From positions 80,139 to 144,138 of the forward strand of contig QKEV01000007.1 of NCBI GenBank assembly GCA_003252295.1: 64,000 bases of DNA, written 5' to 3'. Shown here piece by piece: positions 61,385-64,000 of this stretch (the stretch's first letter is position 1; the number at the start of each line of letters is the position of its first letter). The position numbers were made by a program, and so were the translations under genes. The stretch is from a bacterium (GTDB lineage: Bacteria; Patescibacteriota; Minisyncoccia; Phycocordibacterales; UBA12088). The notes beneath the pieces are model-generated. The model made no database searches. It was not told where the DNA came from and was given only the letters and a program-made list of their open reading frames with translations.

Positions 61385-62371
61385 CTACAACTCAGTAACT
61401 CTAAAATGGCTACCGTCAAAAATAGCAAGGGTGTTGATATCAAGTAAACGAAAATCAAGATTCGGTTCTTCTATTATGGTCTGAATATTTCGCTGCGATC
61501 TGTTATCGAGTTCGACAACATACAGTCCACTCCTGGTGAGAACTATCACAACATCATTTCGATTTGGATAAAAATTGTAGCGGAGTATGTCATCTTCCCA
61601 CTGAATAGCAAGTTGATCCTGACACCCTCCTTCAGAGCAGAAGTAGTATGGGACCACGTCGTTTTCCCGTGCCCACACAGCATAGAGATCTCCATGTTCA
61701 AGCCAGGTCACAATACCGTCATGCTCACGAACCATCTCTTTTTCCGCAAGCTTGCTTGAGCTTGCCAGCGTTACAAGCCAGTCAGGGTAACGAATCTCAG
61801 TAACAATGGTCGTACTTGGGTAACGTATACCACGTATATACTCATATGTTGAAGTAGCAACCTCTACCTCAAACTGATCATGATCCTCTTCAAAAAACTC
61901 CACCTTATCTAGGTACTCCGGATTTGTAACCTCAGTTGTCGTACTGATACCTGTTTCAGTATCAAGCATGGTGAGTGTAGAGGTGGCATTAATCATTACC
62001 CATTCAAAAACCTTTGGGAGCATAAATATTTTCGCCTCAGTCACCAGTTTTGGTTCAACACGAAGCACCTTGACCCAGCTCTGATACTCCGGGCGTTCAA
62101 CACGTACCGCATAGTACCTATTTGGAAGCAACCCTTCGATAAACGTATTCCTGAGAAGTGCACCGTTGTTTTCAACAAACTCATCATCAAGATACACTGA
62201 TGTGTATGGTATATCAGAATGAAGATATATACCTCCCGTCTGAATAACACCCAGGGCATCATCAATTCTGTACCCTCTTGAGTACCCTATAAGGACTGGA
62301 GTACAAAGTAAAAATGTAAACAGTAAAAACCATAGTACCCTCCTGCGTATTTTTTTTGATAACGGCTTCAT
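61385..62371 (-). CDS. PEGA-like domain membrane protein
   Basis: TM, GYR, QTGGIYLHS, V.R..YQSW.K. Confidence 0.7.
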   Translation of the reverse strand: MKPLSKKIRRRVLWFLLFTFLLCTPVLIGYSRGYRIDDALGVIQTGGIYLHSDIPYTSVYLDDEFVENNGALLRNTFIEGLLPNRYYAVRVERPEYQSWVKVLRVEPKLVTEAKIFMLPKVFEWVMINATSTLTMLDTETGISTTTEVTNPEYLDKVEFFEEDHDQFEVEVATSTYEYIRGIRYPSTTIVTEIRYPDWLVTLASSSKLAEKEMVREHDGIVTWLEHGDLYAVWARENDVVPYYFCSEGGCQDQLAIQWEDDILRYNFYPNRNDVVIVLTRSGLYVVELDNRSQRNIQTIIEEPNLDFRLLDINTLAIFDGSHFRVTEL

Positions 62372-62374
62372 GGT

Positions 62375-63946
62375 TTATGATTCTTTTCTTTTCTCTTTTG
62401 GTGTCACCCAAAATTCACCCATATATTTACCAAAAGCTAACTTTGTTTGGGCATGCAAACCCGGTACAGCACCAAGGATCACTATGGTAAATGGAACGAG
62501 TAACCATTGTACGCTTGCCCAAAAGTACTTCATGCCGCGTTTTGGATAATCTTTAGGCAGTTTTGGCATAAATGAAAACGCGACACACGCAGCGAGGACA
62601 AGACCAAGCATGGCAACAAGCATGAGATTTCGTGTGATAAATGGAAGACTGTATGATATGACCGTATCCCGAAACGCATCACCTCCGAGCACAATAGGTA
62701 ACCATCCAAGGAGAAAAATAAGAATAGGATGTGTTGCGAGTGACCACCAACCTTCAAGCTGTACCATGGTGTGGTAGATACGCTTTCTAAGTGGTATTGA
62801 TTTGTTTTTCACAAAGCCAAAGAGCATGTATGGAACATTTTCAACACCCCACAACCATCGAAATTGCTGCTTGTATATATTCTTCAACGTTTTCAAGAAT
62901 GTTGGTGCGGTGGTTGCATCCATTGAAACTGGGTAGCTAATGGGTACCGTCGTATAATCACCATCATTTGCTAAAAAGAGGTTCCAAAAGATACGTGAGT
63001 CATCAGACACAACGTTCTTTTGCCAAAAACCGATCTCATTCAAAGCCTTAAAAGAAATTGCATGTGAAGAAAATGTTGTAAGTTTTTCTGAACGTTCCTG
63101 TTGTATCATCTGCCAAAACGTACTTGAAAAAGCAGCAACACGAGAAATAGCCGGTGCATCCCAGATGTTGTTGTTATATAGTGGAACTGGTTGGAAAGAA
63201 GTTTTGTGTGGATACTCAGCAGTTAAAAAATACCAAGTTAAACAGAGGAAGTACTGTGGATACACCACCGTATCAATATCAAACGCAGAAACTATAACAT
63301 CCTCATACGGAATATTATAGGCATCAACCACTTCCTTTTTTGCCATCTCCGCAGCGTACGTAATATTTGGACCCTTACCTTTTATCTCACCAGGTAAGCC
63401 CTCAGGATGCGCAGTAACAACAATATGCTTAAACGTACCAGCATACTTTTTCTTCATTTTGTATGCTATTGCAACTGCCTCCTCACCAGCTCGTTCTTCA
63501 GCAGCTAGACCGAGTATGATCTTTGTTTTGTCGTACTCTGCATTTGCAACAGACTGTATCGCCGCCTCAACTATTTGTTCTGGCTCCTTGTAATACGGAA
63601 GGATAACGTAATGATAGAGTTGCTCGTACTTAAAAGGTCTCATTTTCTCCTTCCAGTCCACCTTGAGGTTATGCTTCAGACGCTTCCAGTTGTACCGTTG
63701 ATGCATGGATAAGTAAAATGTTTTCAATACCCAGTATAAATCGAAGGTAATAATAAGATACGCAGCATAGGTTGGACCATACACAGAAAGAGCCACAATA
63801 GCAATAATTGTGGACCACGAAATGAATGCCGGTATCGCTTCTAAAAAACGATAGAGCGTCTTATCTTTCCCCTCCAAATCCCTCGCATGGGCTACCTTTA
63901 AATATGGTGTTTTTGAAAAGTGTGTTACTTGTCTTTTTTCCTTCAT
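62375..63946 (-). CDS. Glycosyltransferase family 2, multi-TM
   Basis: LPYYKE, GKGPN, FDID, SDDS, QQFRW (D,D,D,QxxRW). Confidence 0.88.
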   Translation of the reverse strand: MKEKRQVTHFSKTPYLKVAHARDLEGKDKTLYRFLEAIPAFISWSTIIAIVALSVYGPTYAAYLIITFDLYWVLKTFYLSMHQRYNWKRLKHNLKVDWKEKMRPFKYEQLYHYVILPYYKEPEQIVEAAIQSVANAEYDKTKIILGLAAEERAGEEAVAIAYKMKKKYAGTFKHIVVTAHPEGLPGEIKGKGPNITYAAEMAKKEVVDAYNIPYEDVIVSAFDIDTVVYPQYFLCLTWYFLTAEYPHKTSFQPVPLYNNNIWDAPAISRVAAFSSTFWQMIQQERSEKLTTFSSHAISFKALNEIGFWQKNVVSDDSRIFWNLFLANDGDYTTVPISYPVSMDATTAPTFLKTLKNIYKQQFRWLWGVENVPYMLFGFVKNKSIPLRKRIYHTMVQLEGWWSLATHPILIFLLGWLPIVLGGDAFRDTVISYSLPFITRNLMLVAMLGLVLAACVAFSFMPKLPKDYPKRGMKYFWASVQWLLVPFTIVILGAVPGLHAQTKLAFGKYMGEFWVTPKEKRKES

Positions 63947-64000
63947 TTATCTTTAGTGCATCGTAACTGCATATTGTCTGTACAGCCGAAAGCGAGACTC

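Overview
Chromosomal segment of a Patescibacteria/CPR (Parcubacteria-like) bacterium, inferred from streamlined RpoB/RpoC, PheS/PheT, ThrS and DnaX, a NusB-Nudix fusion, a membrane-anchored Clp ATPase and pervasive leaderless-type promoters. It uses the standard genetic code (TGA acts as stop). Core genes: dnaX, dus, serS, dprA, rpoBC, trmD-khpA-rpsP, rnc-nusB-rpmF, rnhB, dnaE, thrS, gyrB, pheST and tRNA-Gln(UUG). The left 21 kb is accessory. Best leads: (1) a sortase next to an Ig-repeat surface protein whose VPYTG sorting motif lies mid-protein and whose ~315-aa cytoplasmic tail resembles clamp-loader (DnaX domain III) helices; (2) an AT-rich array of single genes downstream of tRNA-Gln, each headed by a repeat made of a tRNA T-arm copy plus a -10 box, with a candidate structured ncRNA inside; (3) a leaderless Thr-rich leader-peptide attenuator before thrS; (4) divergent Elp3 and Trm9-like genes suggesting a eukaryote/archaea-type mcm5U pathway; (5) an ApbE locus with a His-less MsrQ-like protein and a tethered candidate flavinylation substrate. 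All family assignments come from motif recognition by eye, not database searches.
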